IMG/VR virus record: IMGVR_UViG_3300020021_000004
Span: 22,249-86,248 of that record
Source: a virus
Length of the DNA: 64,000 nucleotides
Strand: one strand, 5' to 3'
Part shown: positions 19,474 to 28,382 of the stretch, in pieces
Numbering within the stretch: the stretch's first letter is position 1
Layout: every line of letters begins with the position of its first letter
The notes under the pieces: generated by a model
The model's database searches: none
Told to the model about the DNA's origin: nothing
What the model saw: only the letters and a program-made list of their open reading frames with translations
Translations under genes and position numbers: made by a program

Positions 19474-20105
19474 ACCGGAACCTCTTCCCAGGTCATCCCG
19501 AAGATGGCCAACGGAGTGGTGCCCGCAGCAGCAATTCCCTGCAAGGAGAGGCAGTTACCGGGCAGCACGATGAACTTGCCATCCGTACGATCCACCATCG
19601 GAGGACCTGGGGCGACAGCGCCACCTGCGAAAGCATTCAAGGTGAACACAGGACGGAGGATGGCTGAGGTAGCGGCTACAGTCGAGCCAGTGAAGATCAA
19701 GCCTTGACCCTGCGTTGGAGACCCAATGCGATTGCTCCTAGGGGTGAGCTGTGTACCACCAGTCGGGTTGGCATTCGTGGTCTGAGGGTTCCAAGCAAGT
19801 ACGACCGTGCCTGCACCCCAGGTACCCGACACATAACCCATGCTGATATCGATCAGCACCAAATTGACAGGAGATCCAATCGGGTTGTAGAGGGTGAAGG
19901 GCGGAGCCGTACCCAACGCAGTACCGGGCGCCACGCCAGCTGCGGCGTTAGTCCCTGAGTAAATGTTGCCGCGGTAGTTGGTCTCGTAGTAGCTGCCATG
20001 GGCATCGGCAACTGCGGTTGACCCATCCTTGAGGAGACGGGGATCCTGAAGAGTGCCGTCCTGAGCAACCACTACGCCAACACGGCCTTGAATTTCGATA
20101 GCCAT
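19470..20105 (-). CDS. Putative fibre-associated beta-sandwich protein, tandem paralogue A
   Basis: Close paralogue of 20137..20775 (MAIEIQGRVG...GMxWEEVPV). Confidence 0.7.
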   Translation of the reverse strand: MAIEIQGRVGVVVAQDGTLQDPRLLKDGSTAVADAHGSYYETNYRGNIYSGTNAAAGVAPGTALGTAPPFTLYNPIGSPVNLVLIDISMGYVSGTWGAGTVVLAWNPQTTNANPTGGTQLTPRSNRIGSPTQGQGLIFTGSTVAATSAILRPVFTLNAFAGGAVAPGPPMVDRTDGKFIVLPGNCLSLQGIAAAGTTPLAIFGMTWEEVPV

Positions 20106-20136
20106 TTTTACTTCTTCCCTTTAGAGACTTTGAAAA

Positions 20137-20775
20137 TCAGACCGGAACTTCTTCCCAGACCATGCCCAGGAGGATTAGAGGGGCAGTGCCCGCGGCACCC
20201 ACGCCTTGAATCGAAAGGCAGTTGCCGGGCAGCACAAGGAACTTGGCGTCCGAGATATCCATGACTGGAGGGAAAGGGACACCTGCGGTGGATGCCTGAG
20301 CAATCCCTACCGAAAGGAACGGGCGAAGGATCGATTGAGTGGCGGCGACGGTAGAAGCCGTGAAAGCCAAACCCTGACCCTGCGTCGGGGACCCTACGCG
20401 GCAGCTTCTAGGAGTGAGCTGAGTACCGCCGGTCGGGTTGGCGTTCGTGGTCTGAGGGTTCCAAGCAAAGACAAGGGCTACAATACCGAACAAACCCGAG
20501 ACGTACCCGAAAGAAGCCTCAAGGACTGACAAATTGACGGGAGAGCCCGCGGGATTGTAGAGGGTGAAGGGCGGGGCGGTGCCGAGAGCTGTACCGGGAG
20601 CCACGCCAGCTGCGGCAATAGATGCGCAATAGACGTTGCCGCGGTAGTTGGTCTCATAGTACTTGGAGTGAGCATCCGACACCGCCGTCGAGGCATCCTT
20701 CAGAAGGCGGGGATCCTGCAACGTGCCGTCTTGTGCGACGATCGGGCCAACACGACCTTGAATTTCGATAGCCAT
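20137..20775 (-). CDS. Putative fibre-associated beta-sandwich protein, tandem paralogue B
   Basis: Close paralogue of 19470..20105. Confidence 0.7.
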   Translation of the reverse strand: MAIEIQGRVGPIVAQDGTLQDPRLLKDASTAVSDAHSKYYETNYRGNVYCASIAAAGVAPGTALGTAPPFTLYNPAGSPVNLSVLEASFGYVSGLFGIVALVFAWNPQTTNANPTGGTQLTPRSCRVGSPTQGQGLAFTASTVAATQSILRPFLSVGIAQASTAGVPFPPVMDISDAKFLVLPGNCLSIQGVGAAGTAPLILLGMVWEEVPV

Positions 20776-20784
20776 TTTGCTTCC

Positions 20785-21429
20785 TTACGCAGAACCCAAG
20801 GGTCCCTGATTGTTGCTAGAGCCGAAGGCGTTGCTGAGGATCAGGATCAACTGATCCAACTGGGCGGAGATCACATCAAGCCGGCCCATGAGGGCCAGAT
20901 CCGCCACAAGAACAGTTCCGTCGGTCCTCGTGTAGACCGTGCTAGTAATGTTTCCTGCATCCGACCCCGCCATAACGTTGGCCAAAGAAGGTTGCGGCCC
21001 GCCTTCAGCGGCGTTCGAGGCCAGTACCTGACGGCCCGAGGTGTCGGTGAGCAGCGTCCTGACTAGCTTGCCGTCCGAGCCCGCTATCAAAGATGGGGCA
21101 GCAGTCGGGTTGAGGGCGGTTCCGCTCAAGACGGGGCCCACCACCACCTGACGGTTGTAAGCATCCAACGCCAGAGCTTGGCTCAGGTTCTGGCTGACCT
21201 GCATGGTCCCCAGGGTCAGCTGGTCGAGCACCGCCTGAAAAGCCTGCCTAAGTTCGTCTATGCCCGCCCCACCGACGGGGAACGGGTTGCTGTTGCTGAC
21301 GTCCCCAAAGTCGTTGTCCTGGTGCCCAAGACGGATCTTACTGACCGGGATCTTGGCTCCAGTGCCGGGATCCTCCGTCATGATGGTGTCGCCGCCGACA
21401 CCTGGGTTCAGGACTGTGTTGTCAGCCAT
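20785..21429 (-). CDS. Putative fibre/shaft protein
   Basis: MADNTVLNPGVGGDTI start; short beta-repeats (AGSDG..VRTLLTDTSGRQ / AGSDAG..TVYTRTDG) plus short coiled coils. Confidence 0.55.
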   Translation of the reverse strand: MADNTVLNPGVGGDTIMTEDPGTGAKIPVSKIRLGHQDNDFGDVSNSNPFPVGGAGIDELRQAFQAVLDQLTLGTMQVSQNLSQALALDAYNRQVVVGPVLSGTALNPTAAPSLIAGSDGKLVRTLLTDTSGRQVLASNAAEGGPQPSLANVMAGSDAGNITSTVYTRTDGTVLVADLALMGRLDVISAQLDQLILILSNAFGSSNNQGPLGSA

Positions 21430-21506
21430 CGAACAGGGCCTTCAATCAATGCACTATTGAGGGCATTTCTGAGGGCTTTCGTGGCCCTACGTGCCGTCCT
21501 CTGGCT

Positions 21507-22307
21507 TCAGTCGAAGCTCAGCCACCGCCGGTAGCCCCCTAGAACATCAAAAAAGAGTCCGGCATTGACGAGCGAGTCCGTGACCTTGAGGTCATCGCCC
21601 TTTTGACATTCGACCAAACCGGAGTCCGTGAGCGCTATGGTGTCGGTGCTGAGAGTCCGGTCATAGACGATCCCGACCGACATGTTGGGTTCGTCCGCAT
21701 TCGTAGTGACGGTCCCATTGATGGTCCAGTCTGAGGCGTTCCCAGACTGATCCTGTCCGACAGTGGAACCCAAGTCACAAGACAGGTAGTTGGCTAAACC
21801 TAAAGTGACGATTGGAGCCTTCTGAGTCGACTCATTGAAAATTTGTGTCGAGGTAAGGGCTGTGGGTGACGCCCATTCCTTGTAGGCCGAGCACCTTTGG
21901 TGAACCGTGTTGGACAAGAAGCTGTCGAGAAGCTCCCAAGCGTTCACGCCAGAGTTCGTAGAATCAGATTGGGTAGCGGACTGCAAGACAACGTCACCCT
22001 CTTTGCGCCAATAAACCTTGGTGCCGACGCCAGAGGTCGTGACGACGCACACGAAGACCCATCCAGGGTAGCTTCCGGAGTAGAAAGTCTGATAGCCACT
22101 AGGTGCACCTGTGACGGCTAACCCAAGGTCACCAGAAGCACCGAAGGTCCCGTCACCCGTGATGACGGCGTAGTCAGTGGTGTTTGCGGAGAACCGCATC
22201 TGCATGTTGTCACTTACGAATGACAACATGCGGAACCAGCCCATGCTGATGTTGCTGGACCCGAATCTCAGAATGAGAGAACCGGCGGACGCGCTGTCGT
22301 AGCTCAT
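21507..22307 (-). CDS. Concanavalin A/LamG-like domain protein with C-terminal backbone-type repeat
   Basis: WVFVCVV...KVYWR...AYKEW...ALTSTQIF resembles LamG. Tail YDRTLSTDTIALTD. Confidence 0.65.
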   Translation of the reverse strand: MSYDSASAGSLILRFGSSNISMGWFRMLSFVSDNMQMRFSANTTDYAVITGDGTFGASGDLGLAVTGAPSGYQTFYSGSYPGWVFVCVVTTSGVGTKVYWRKEGDVVLQSATQSDSTNSGVNAWELLDSFLSNTVHQRCSAYKEWASPTALTSTQIFNESTQKAPIVTLGLANYLSCDLGSTVGQDQSGNASDWTINGTVTTNADEPNMSVGIVYDRTLSTDTIALTDSGLVECQKGDDLKVTDSLVNAGLFFDVLGGYRRWLSFD

Positions 22308-22332
22308 GAGGATCCTTGAAGACGTGGGGCCA

Positions 22333-23754
22333 TCAGAACATCCTGATCTGCGTCCCTAAAAAGCGCCCGAACTCAGCCGCCCGCGTTCCAGTATCGGTCA
22401 CCGCCTGAGCGTCTGTACCTGCGTCGATGTCGTAAAAGACACCCGCTTCATTGAGCTTCAGAGACAGCGTGAGGTGCCACCTGATCTGAGTATCAGTGAA
22501 CGTAGCACCCACTCCGTTGGTAGCTGTAATACGCTTAGATTCCCAACGAGCTGCGTTCTGAGCCGCGAAGGCTCCTACCAGCACACCAAAGTCTGTGAAA
22601 CCTGTCCCTGCATTAGGAGGGAACGCCGTATCCATTTGTGCACTAAAACCAATCACGAGGGCCGGTTGGGATGTATTGGTGACCGTTCCCGCATCCCAAC
22701 CATCAGAGCCTCCCGTGCCCGAAGTGCTGGCCAACCCGTTGTGACCGTCAAGAGGAGCCGTCGTGACGTTCACGCACTCCATGACCCCGATGGTCTTGTA
22801 CTGCGTGGACGTAGAGAAGGTACAAGTGACGTTGATGGTTCCGCTTGCCGTATTGGGGAAGTACGATTGGTAGGCGTCGAAGTTGTCGAACGTATCATGA
22901 ATAGTATTCAAGGGAGACCCCCACGAACCATTCACATCATCCGCGGACGTTATCGTGCGGGTCGTCTGGCTACCGTTATCGCAAGTCGTGTACATGACGA
23001 GCGTCGAGCCCGCCAAAATATTAGTCAACTGACACGTTAGGGTCGTCCCCAGCGTACCGGGACCCGGAGTGTCTTCGTGTATGAAGGCTTGGCGAACGTA
23101 AGCCTTCGTGATGCCCATAGAGGGCTCATCAGCATTCGTGGTAATTGTGCCCGAGACGGTCCAGTTGTTGGCTGCTGCCGATTGGTCGACGCCGATCGTG
23201 TGGCCCGCATCACACTGAAGATAATTGGCCAAGCCTGTGGTGACGATCGGAGCATTCTGCGTCGACTCCGCAAAGATCTGACCCGGGGAGAGGGCGTTGT
23301 AGGCGGTCCATTCCTTGTAGGCCGTGATCCGACAATGAACGTTATGGCTGGTCGGAGGGTTGTTCATTAAGAACAACTGCGTGAACCCACCAGCACTAGC
23401 GGTGCCCAACGTCCCGAAGTGCAGGGCCGTTTCACCCTCAGCCCGCCAGTAACACTGATAGTTGATCCCGACCGTGTCGTCCGCGACCACGCAGAAGAAA
23501 AGCCAAGCGGTGTTACTACCGGTCGCTACAATCTGTGTGTCTGGCGGGCCGTCGGTTGTAAACCCAACTTGGGTGGTTGTGATGTTCGTGCCGTCGGCAC
23601 CGATCACTAACTCGTTAAAGGTGGCTTCACCGTAAAGCAGCGTCCAAAGGGTGGTGCCCGGGTAGGTCACCACCTTCGCCCAAAACATGATGATGTGACC
23701 AAGACCCGCGGTGCGGCTCAGGATCGCTGTTGTGCTGGCGTTGTCGTAGCTCAT
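22333..23754 (-). CDS. LamG-like plus second beta-domain protein with C-terminal backbone-type repeat
   Basis: Same N-terminal domain as 21507..22307. Tail YDIDAGTDAQAVTD. Confidence 0.65.
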   Translation of the reverse strand: MSYDNASTTAILSRTAGLGHIIMFWAKVVTYPGTTLWTLLYGEATFNELVIGADGTNITTTQVGFTTDGPPDTQIVATGSNTAWLFFCVVADDTVGINYQCYWRAEGETALHFGTLGTASAGGFTQLFLMNNPPTSHNVHCRITAYKEWTAYNALSPGQIFAESTQNAPIVTTGLANYLQCDAGHTIGVDQSAAANNWTVSGTITTNADEPSMGITKAYVRQAFIHEDTPGPGTLGTTLTCQLTNILAGSTLVMYTTCDNGSQTTRTITSADDVNGSWGSPLNTIHDTFDNFDAYQSYFPNTASGTINVTCTFSTSTQYKTIGVMECVNVTTAPLDGHNGLASTSGTGGSDGWDAGTVTNTSQPALVIGFSAQMDTAFPPNAGTGFTDFGVLVGAFAAQNAARWESKRITATNGVGATFTDTQIRWHLTLSLKLNEAGVFYDIDAGTDAQAVTDTGTRAAEFGRFLGTQIRMF

Positions 23755-23757
23755 CGT

Positions 23758-25824
23758 TCAATCCAAAAAGGTATGGGACTTGTAGGAGAACCGAAGGTAC
23801 ACGGTGGAGCTTGTTTCAGTATCCGTAATAGCTGGGGTGTCGGTCCCCGCATCCACGTCGTAGAGGGTCCCTGAAGATGCAGGGGCTAACGCGATATGGA
23901 ACCCTACGACGCCGAACCCTGTTGCGGGTCTTGCGAAGGTACCTGTAGCCGACGGAACCACAGCCGCTGTCCCCTGTCCGTTGTCCGCAACGCAAATGAT
24001 GTCCCAACCGCTCGTGTCAGCGAACGCTACACGTTCGACGTATCCCGAAGGTGGTACGAAATCAACGGTCGTGGGGGTGGAGGTTCCCGGATCTGCAACC
24101 CCCACCCAAACGATCTGACATCCGTTAGCTGTAGTGGTCAGGGTGGGGGCTATGACGCTAGCGGGAGTCGCACGGTCATCGTCATGTGTTTCTGAGACAG
24201 GCGTCACTTGAAGAGGCGTCGTAGGGTGAACGCCAGACCACGCGGAGATCACGAGCCCTTGGTTCAAGGTGATGCCAGGAGTGAAGATATAGCTCCCGCT
24301 CCCGACTGCCGATTTCTTGTACCAAACGTAGTAAGTGGCTCCATCAGTGATCGTCAACGAGGCATTGAAGATCTGTGTCCACGTCCCATCGGGCGGGCTG
24401 CATGTCTGTCCGCCGCCGTCACATTCCCAAACTGCTAGGAGGAAGTCCCCTGCCTGCCCAGGGTCCACTGCACTGATGGTGGCCCCGCTCAAAGAGCTAG
24501 CGGTCGAGGACGCTCGATAATTAATGGTCGCAGGATTCAGGGCCGCCATGATGACGATCCACGTATCGGCACCCCCCGTGCTCGTCACATAGTTGCCAGT
24601 CGAACCAGAGCTAACTAGGGCACCATCGTAGTAGCCTGAAAACCCGCTGTCGAGATTCAGAAACGAGGTGCCGTCCACTCTGGAAATAAGAGATCCCGCA
24701 CTCCCTGAAGGAGCAGCCGTCAAAGCATTGTCGTCCCCAAACCATCCGTAAACCAAGTATTCTTTGGCTTTGGCAGCTGAGAACCCTGTGCCGGTAACGG
24801 TTGAGTTGGCACCCCCACTGTTGTTGACCGAAAAATTATCAAACGGAGTCGTGTTGTTGACGCCCGAATAGGCACAGATGATAACGTCGATGTTGCCCGC
24901 CGTACCCGTGGCGGTAAATGTGTAGCTGGAAGACTCTGACGCCCCCGCTACTTTGTACATCATCGCGCAATTGAGGTCTGACCCGCCAGGTCCGCCGCGC
25001 TCTGAAGTCGCGGCCAGAACAGTCCACCCTGTAGACGCCCACAAGCTGACGAAAGCAGAGTTGTAGTTACCTAACCACGCAACCAAGACATCGCCCGCAA
25101 CAACCTCCGTAGGTTTGTTGCACACGCCACTTGAAGCCGAGACAGTGGCGGCACCGCGGATCTCGATCCGCGAGACCAACATATTGGGCTCGTCGGTGCT
25201 GATCGTTAGCGTTGTGCCCGTGACGGTCCAGTTCTGAGCCGCCGCCGACTGGTCATGCCCGATCGTGTGTCCCGCATCGCACTGAAGATAGTTGGTCAAC
25301 CCAGTGGTGACGATCGGAGCATTCTGCTGGCTCTCAGCAAAGATCTGGTCAGGCGTTAACGCCGCAGACGTCGACCACTCCTTGTAGGCCGTGAATCGCT
25401 TATGATTGGTGGACCCACCCCCTGTTCCAACTAAAAAGAACTGATTGACAGTACTAATGTTCGTGTCTGAAACATTAGATGTGTGGAGGAAATTCTCACC
25501 CTCATGACGCCAGTAGGCGGTGACACCAACGCCGTTCACGGCGACCGTGCACACGAAAATCCACGTTGAGTCAGAACCCGTGCTAACGATTTGTAGATTG
25601 CCCCCCTGAGTGTTCACACAGGTGTCGGTGATAACAGGGATACCGCTGCCTGCGATGTCACCGATGCTGTACGACCAGTCGTCCCCGTTACCTACCGCGT
25701 ACAGGGCAGGATCCCCACCATCAACGAACTCGAAGTACCTCACCCAAAAACAAGAGGTGACGCCAAGTGTGCCAGAATTCCGATTAAGTTCGGTGTTGCC
25801 TCCAGAGGTGGTTTCGTAGCTCAT
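23758..25824 (-). CDS. LamG-like plus two beta-domains protein with C-terminal backbone-type repeat
   Basis: Same N-terminal domain, then two GD-x-L-x-A...W...K.A...Y.FT domains. Tail YDVDAGTDTPAITD. Confidence 0.65.
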   Translation of the reverse strand: MSYETTSGGNTELNRNSGTLGVTSCFWVRYFEFVDGGDPALYAVGNGDDWSYSIGDIAGSGIPVITDTCVNTQGGNLQIVSTGSDSTWIFVCTVAVNGVGVTAYWRHEGENFLHTSNVSDTNISTVNQFFLVGTGGGSTNHKRFTAYKEWSTSAALTPDQIFAESQQNAPIVTTGLTNYLQCDAGHTIGHDQSAAAQNWTVTGTTLTISTDEPNMLVSRIEIRGAATVSASSGVCNKPTEVVAGDVLVAWLGNYNSAFVSLWASTGWTVLAATSERGGPGGSDLNCAMMYKVAGASESSSYTFTATGTAGNIDVIICAYSGVNNTTPFDNFSVNNSGGANSTVTGTGFSAAKAKEYLVYGWFGDDNALTAAPSGSAGSLISRVDGTSFLNLDSGFSGYYDGALVSSGSTGNYVTSTGGADTWIVIMAALNPATINYRASSTASSLSGATISAVDPGQAGDFLLAVWECDGGGQTCSPPDGTWTQIFNASLTITDGATYYVWYKKSAVGSGSYIFTPGITLNQGLVISAWSGVHPTTPLQVTPVSETHDDDRATPASVIAPTLTTTANGCQIVWVGVADPGTSTPTTVDFVPPSGYVERVAFADTSGWDIICVADNGQGTAAVVPSATGTFARPATGFGVVGFHIALAPASSGTLYDVDAGTDTPAITDTETSSTVYLRFSYKSHTFLD
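23821..23871. repeat. 51-bp direct repeat, copy 1 (copy 2 at 25949-25999)
   Basis: 49/51 identical; encodes GTLYDVDAGTDTPA(I/V)TD. Confidence 0.85.
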
Positions 25825-25873
25825 AGGTCCCGATCCGCGTAGGCTCCTCTACCTCTGAGGTGTCAAAAGAAAC

Positions 25874-26701
25874 TTAGTCGAGGAAAGGTCCTGTTTTACC
25901 GGGCAGGAAGATATCGAAGGAGGGCCTATTGGTTCCCGCAGTGATCGAATCCGTAACAGCTGGGGTGTCGGTCCCCGCATCCACATCGTAGAGGGTCCCC
26001 GCTGTGATTGTAGGAATCGACAACACCCACGCCATCACTCCACCAGCATCGGCCCCCGTCAACGGCGTGGACGTGATGTTCAGGGTAATGGTGCCCGTAG
26101 GACTCCCCGTAGCGGGAGCATCCATCGACAGCATGGCCAAAGAGCTGTACTCAGCAGTGCCTCCTGCGGCTCCTGACAACACGGCCCTCTGAGTAAACCC
26201 TGTGGCCGAGAACGTGAAGTCCTTGGAATTGTCGACAGCATCCAACGCGACGAAAATGAAGACCTGATCGCCGCTCGCTGTATTACAGCCGTTCAATGAA
26301 GCGGTCGTGTTGGTGACGTGATTTGTACCTAAGTTAGTGTGCTGAACGTCCGTGATCGTGGTGTCGTCCAACCCTGCCCACGTGAACAGAAGCAAGACCG
26401 TGGACGGGAAGGACTGCGAACTCGTCGTGAACGAATAGGTGCTGGGCAGGCCCGACGCCGGAGTACCGGCCCCACCGTTGCCCGTGTATTTGAAAATGCC
26501 TGCACTATTGTTGTCGAAACTACAGGTCTGGTAGCTATCAACAAGGGTGAAGTCACTTGGGATCGTCAGAGGGACGTTGACCTCGTCCGCGTTGTAGAAC
26601 GCCCACAGGCGGTCTCCCAAGGCATATGTAGGCGTAGTCCCTGTAACGGTGAGGGTCCCTCCTGCGTTGGGATCTATGGTGGCGTCCCTAAACCCCGTCA
26701 T
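25874..26701 (-). CDS. Single beta-domain protein with C-terminal backbone-type repeat
   Basis: GDRLWAFY...YSFTT domain like those in 23758..25824. Tail YDVDAGTDTPAVTD. Confidence 0.65.
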   Translation of the reverse strand: MTGFRDATIDPNAGGTLTVTGTTPTYALGDRLWAFYNADEVNVPLTIPSDFTLVDSYQTCSFDNNSAGIFKYTGNGGAGTPASGLPSTYSFTTSSQSFPSTVLLLFTWAGLDDTTITDVQHTNLGTNHVTNTTASLNGCNTASGDQVFIFVALDAVDNSKDFTFSATGFTQRAVLSGAAGGTAEYSSLAMLSMDAPATGSPTGTITLNITSTPLTGADAGGVMAWVLSIPTITAGTLYDVDAGTDTPAVTDSITAGTNRPSFDIFLPGKTGPFLD

Positions 26702-26816
26702 GTGCCCCTCCGCTTCGCTGACAAAGTACGGCTACTGCCGGAACAGCTGGAGCGTGTCTTAGGTCCAATGAAACCTCACTTCTGAGAGATCAAAAGGACT
26801 TTAGAAAAGACGTGGC

Positions 26817-27827
26817 TTAGCTAGCGTTCTGTAGCCGCCGACGGGCCTCTAGGTGCACTTCCATGAAGGAGACGCCGAATCGGTCACGGAGCCACTCGAT
26901 CATGACCGCCTCTTCGACCGAATGCTGACCGTTGTGACACTTCACACACAACCTTTCCAGGTTGGCGGGGTTGTTGTTCCAAGGGTTGCGATCCTTGTGG
27001 TTGATGTGCTTCCCGACCTCCCTGCACACCACACACGGACCTGGGGCTACGAGACGGCGGGCACGACCGTACATAACCTGTGACGTAACGGCATCACCTG
27101 TAACCCTCGGGCGTCCTCGGCCATCCGTGAAACCCTTGCCCACCAGGTCTGGAGATAACTCGACCCGCTTGATCCCAAGTCGATCTAAAGCCTGTTGAAC
27201 AGTTCTCGCAGCACACCCCGCCATTCGACCAACTTCAGCCTTAGACTTCCATTGGGTCACGTACTGCTCGGTCAACCACTCCTTGTTATGAAGGGTCTCT
27301 AGGAACTTAGCCCTAGGACGAGGAGCGTTGGACCCGTACTTGCGAAGTACACTGTGAGCCCGTGTGGCACTTTCACTACGTTTCGCAGGGTCGGATTCGT
27401 AGGTAGCGTGACCCGTGTGTGTCTCTACGGCTCGCTGTTTTTGAAGACAACCGCACGACTTAGCGCCACCCGTCTTTAGCGCTTGAGCGCTAATCGCCTT
27501 CTCATTGCCGCAATCGCAATGGCACCACCACCAAGCGGACCTCGTGGTCTGTTCCGTCAGCTCCCGAGTTAAGGGTGCTTCGGACCGTCGTAACACTTCC
27601 AAGCGACCAAACCGTTGGCCCGTGAGATCCTCTGCTTGACCTATCAAGCAGCCACAGGACTTCGTATGGCCAGACCTAAGCAAGGACCCTCGAACGATGT
27701 GCTCGGGCTTACCGCACGCTGAACAAAAGCAAACCCACCGAGCCTCTCCGCCCGGTGGGTACGCCGCTTCTCGAATCACCGTCAACGAACCGAATACCTG
27801 CCCAGTTAGGTCGATTTTCCTGCTCAT
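26817..27827 (-). CDS. HNH homing endonuclease with two DLTGQxFGxL / WxCxCxCG / SCGC repeats
   Basis: C-terminal CVVC...HINHKDRNPWNNNPANLERLCVKCHNGQH; inserted inside the fibre locus. Confidence 0.8.
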   Translation of the reverse strand: MSRKIDLTGQVFGSLTVIREAAYPPGGEARWVCFCSACGKPEHIVRGSLLRSGHTKSCGCLIGQAEDLTGQRFGRLEVLRRSEAPLTRELTEQTTRSAWWWCHCDCGNEKAISAQALKTGGAKSCGCLQKQRAVETHTGHATYESDPAKRSESATRAHSVLRKYGSNAPRPRAKFLETLHNKEWLTEQYVTQWKSKAEVGRMAGCAARTVQQALDRLGIKRVELSPDLVGKGFTDGRGRPRVTGDAVTSQVMYGRARRLVAPGPCVVCREVGKHINHKDRNPWNNNPANLERLCVKCHNGQHSVEEAVMIEWLRDRFGVSFMEVHLEARRRLQNAS

Positions 27828-27833
27828 TTCCAG

Positions 27834-27862
27834 AGCATATCGAATTCTAACTCGACTGTCAA
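27834..27862 (-). promoter_or_regulatory. Sigma70-type promoter giving a probably leaderless HNH transcript
   Basis: TTGACA (27862-27857), 17-nt spacer, TATGCT (27839-27834), 6 nt, ATG 27827. No Shine-Dalgarno. Confidence 0.75.
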
Positions 27863-27875
27863 CAGTCCGATAACT

Positions 27876-28382
27876 TCAGGTTACGCGAGCCCTGTAGGTT
27901 ATTCGTAGCTTGTCTGCCGTGGTCTTGTTGACGGCCGTGAAAGTGCTGCGGCTCAACGCACTGCCACCCGGCGACGTGTGCTGGTTCATGACCACCACTT
28001 CGCGGATGTTGGTAGCCGACTTGGTGCCGCCGCCCGACTGATACGACACCACCCACTGGAAGGTACGAGTACCCGACAGAAGGGTGATGGTGTCAGCAGT
28101 GCGGAGCGTGCCCGTCACGGGGCTGACCACGTTGGTCTGTGCAGAGTTCGCCGCAACACCGGACGTACCGATGCGGAGGAACTTGAACAGACTCGTGTTC
28201 AGACCAGTGGCTTTGCGCCAGATCTGCTTCTTGCCGGTGTTGACCACCAGGTTGGGGATTGTACGACGTTGCACAACCTCAGGACCGTTCTTCCCGTCTC
28301 GGAGCACCTCGACGACGAAAACGCCCTGGGCTTGCAGCTCGTCAGACAGCCCCTGCTCGTTCTGAATGTCCTTGGCCTGCAT
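27876..28382 (-). CDS. Small tail-collar-fibre-like beta-sandwich subunit (168 aa)
   Basis: ATG 28382 with GGAG RBS. NLVVNTG...IGT...IREV...SRSTFTAVNKT...LRITY resembles the collar-fibre N-terminal fold as a stand-alone protein. Confidence 0.6.
   Translation of the reverse strand: MQAKDIQNEQGLSDELQAQGVFVVEVLRDGKNGPEVVQRRTIPNLVVNTGKKQIWRKATGLNTSLFKFLRIGTSGVAANSAQTNVVSPVTGTLRTADTITLLSGTRTFQWVVSYQSGGGTKSATNIREVVVMNQHTSPGGSALSRSTFTAVNKTTADKLRITYRARVT

Noticed and set aside
21507-26701. Diversity-generating retroelement (TR/VR pair)
   Set aside because: No reverse transcriptase in the window. The repeat pairs are coding in both copies and their differences are not adenine-specific.
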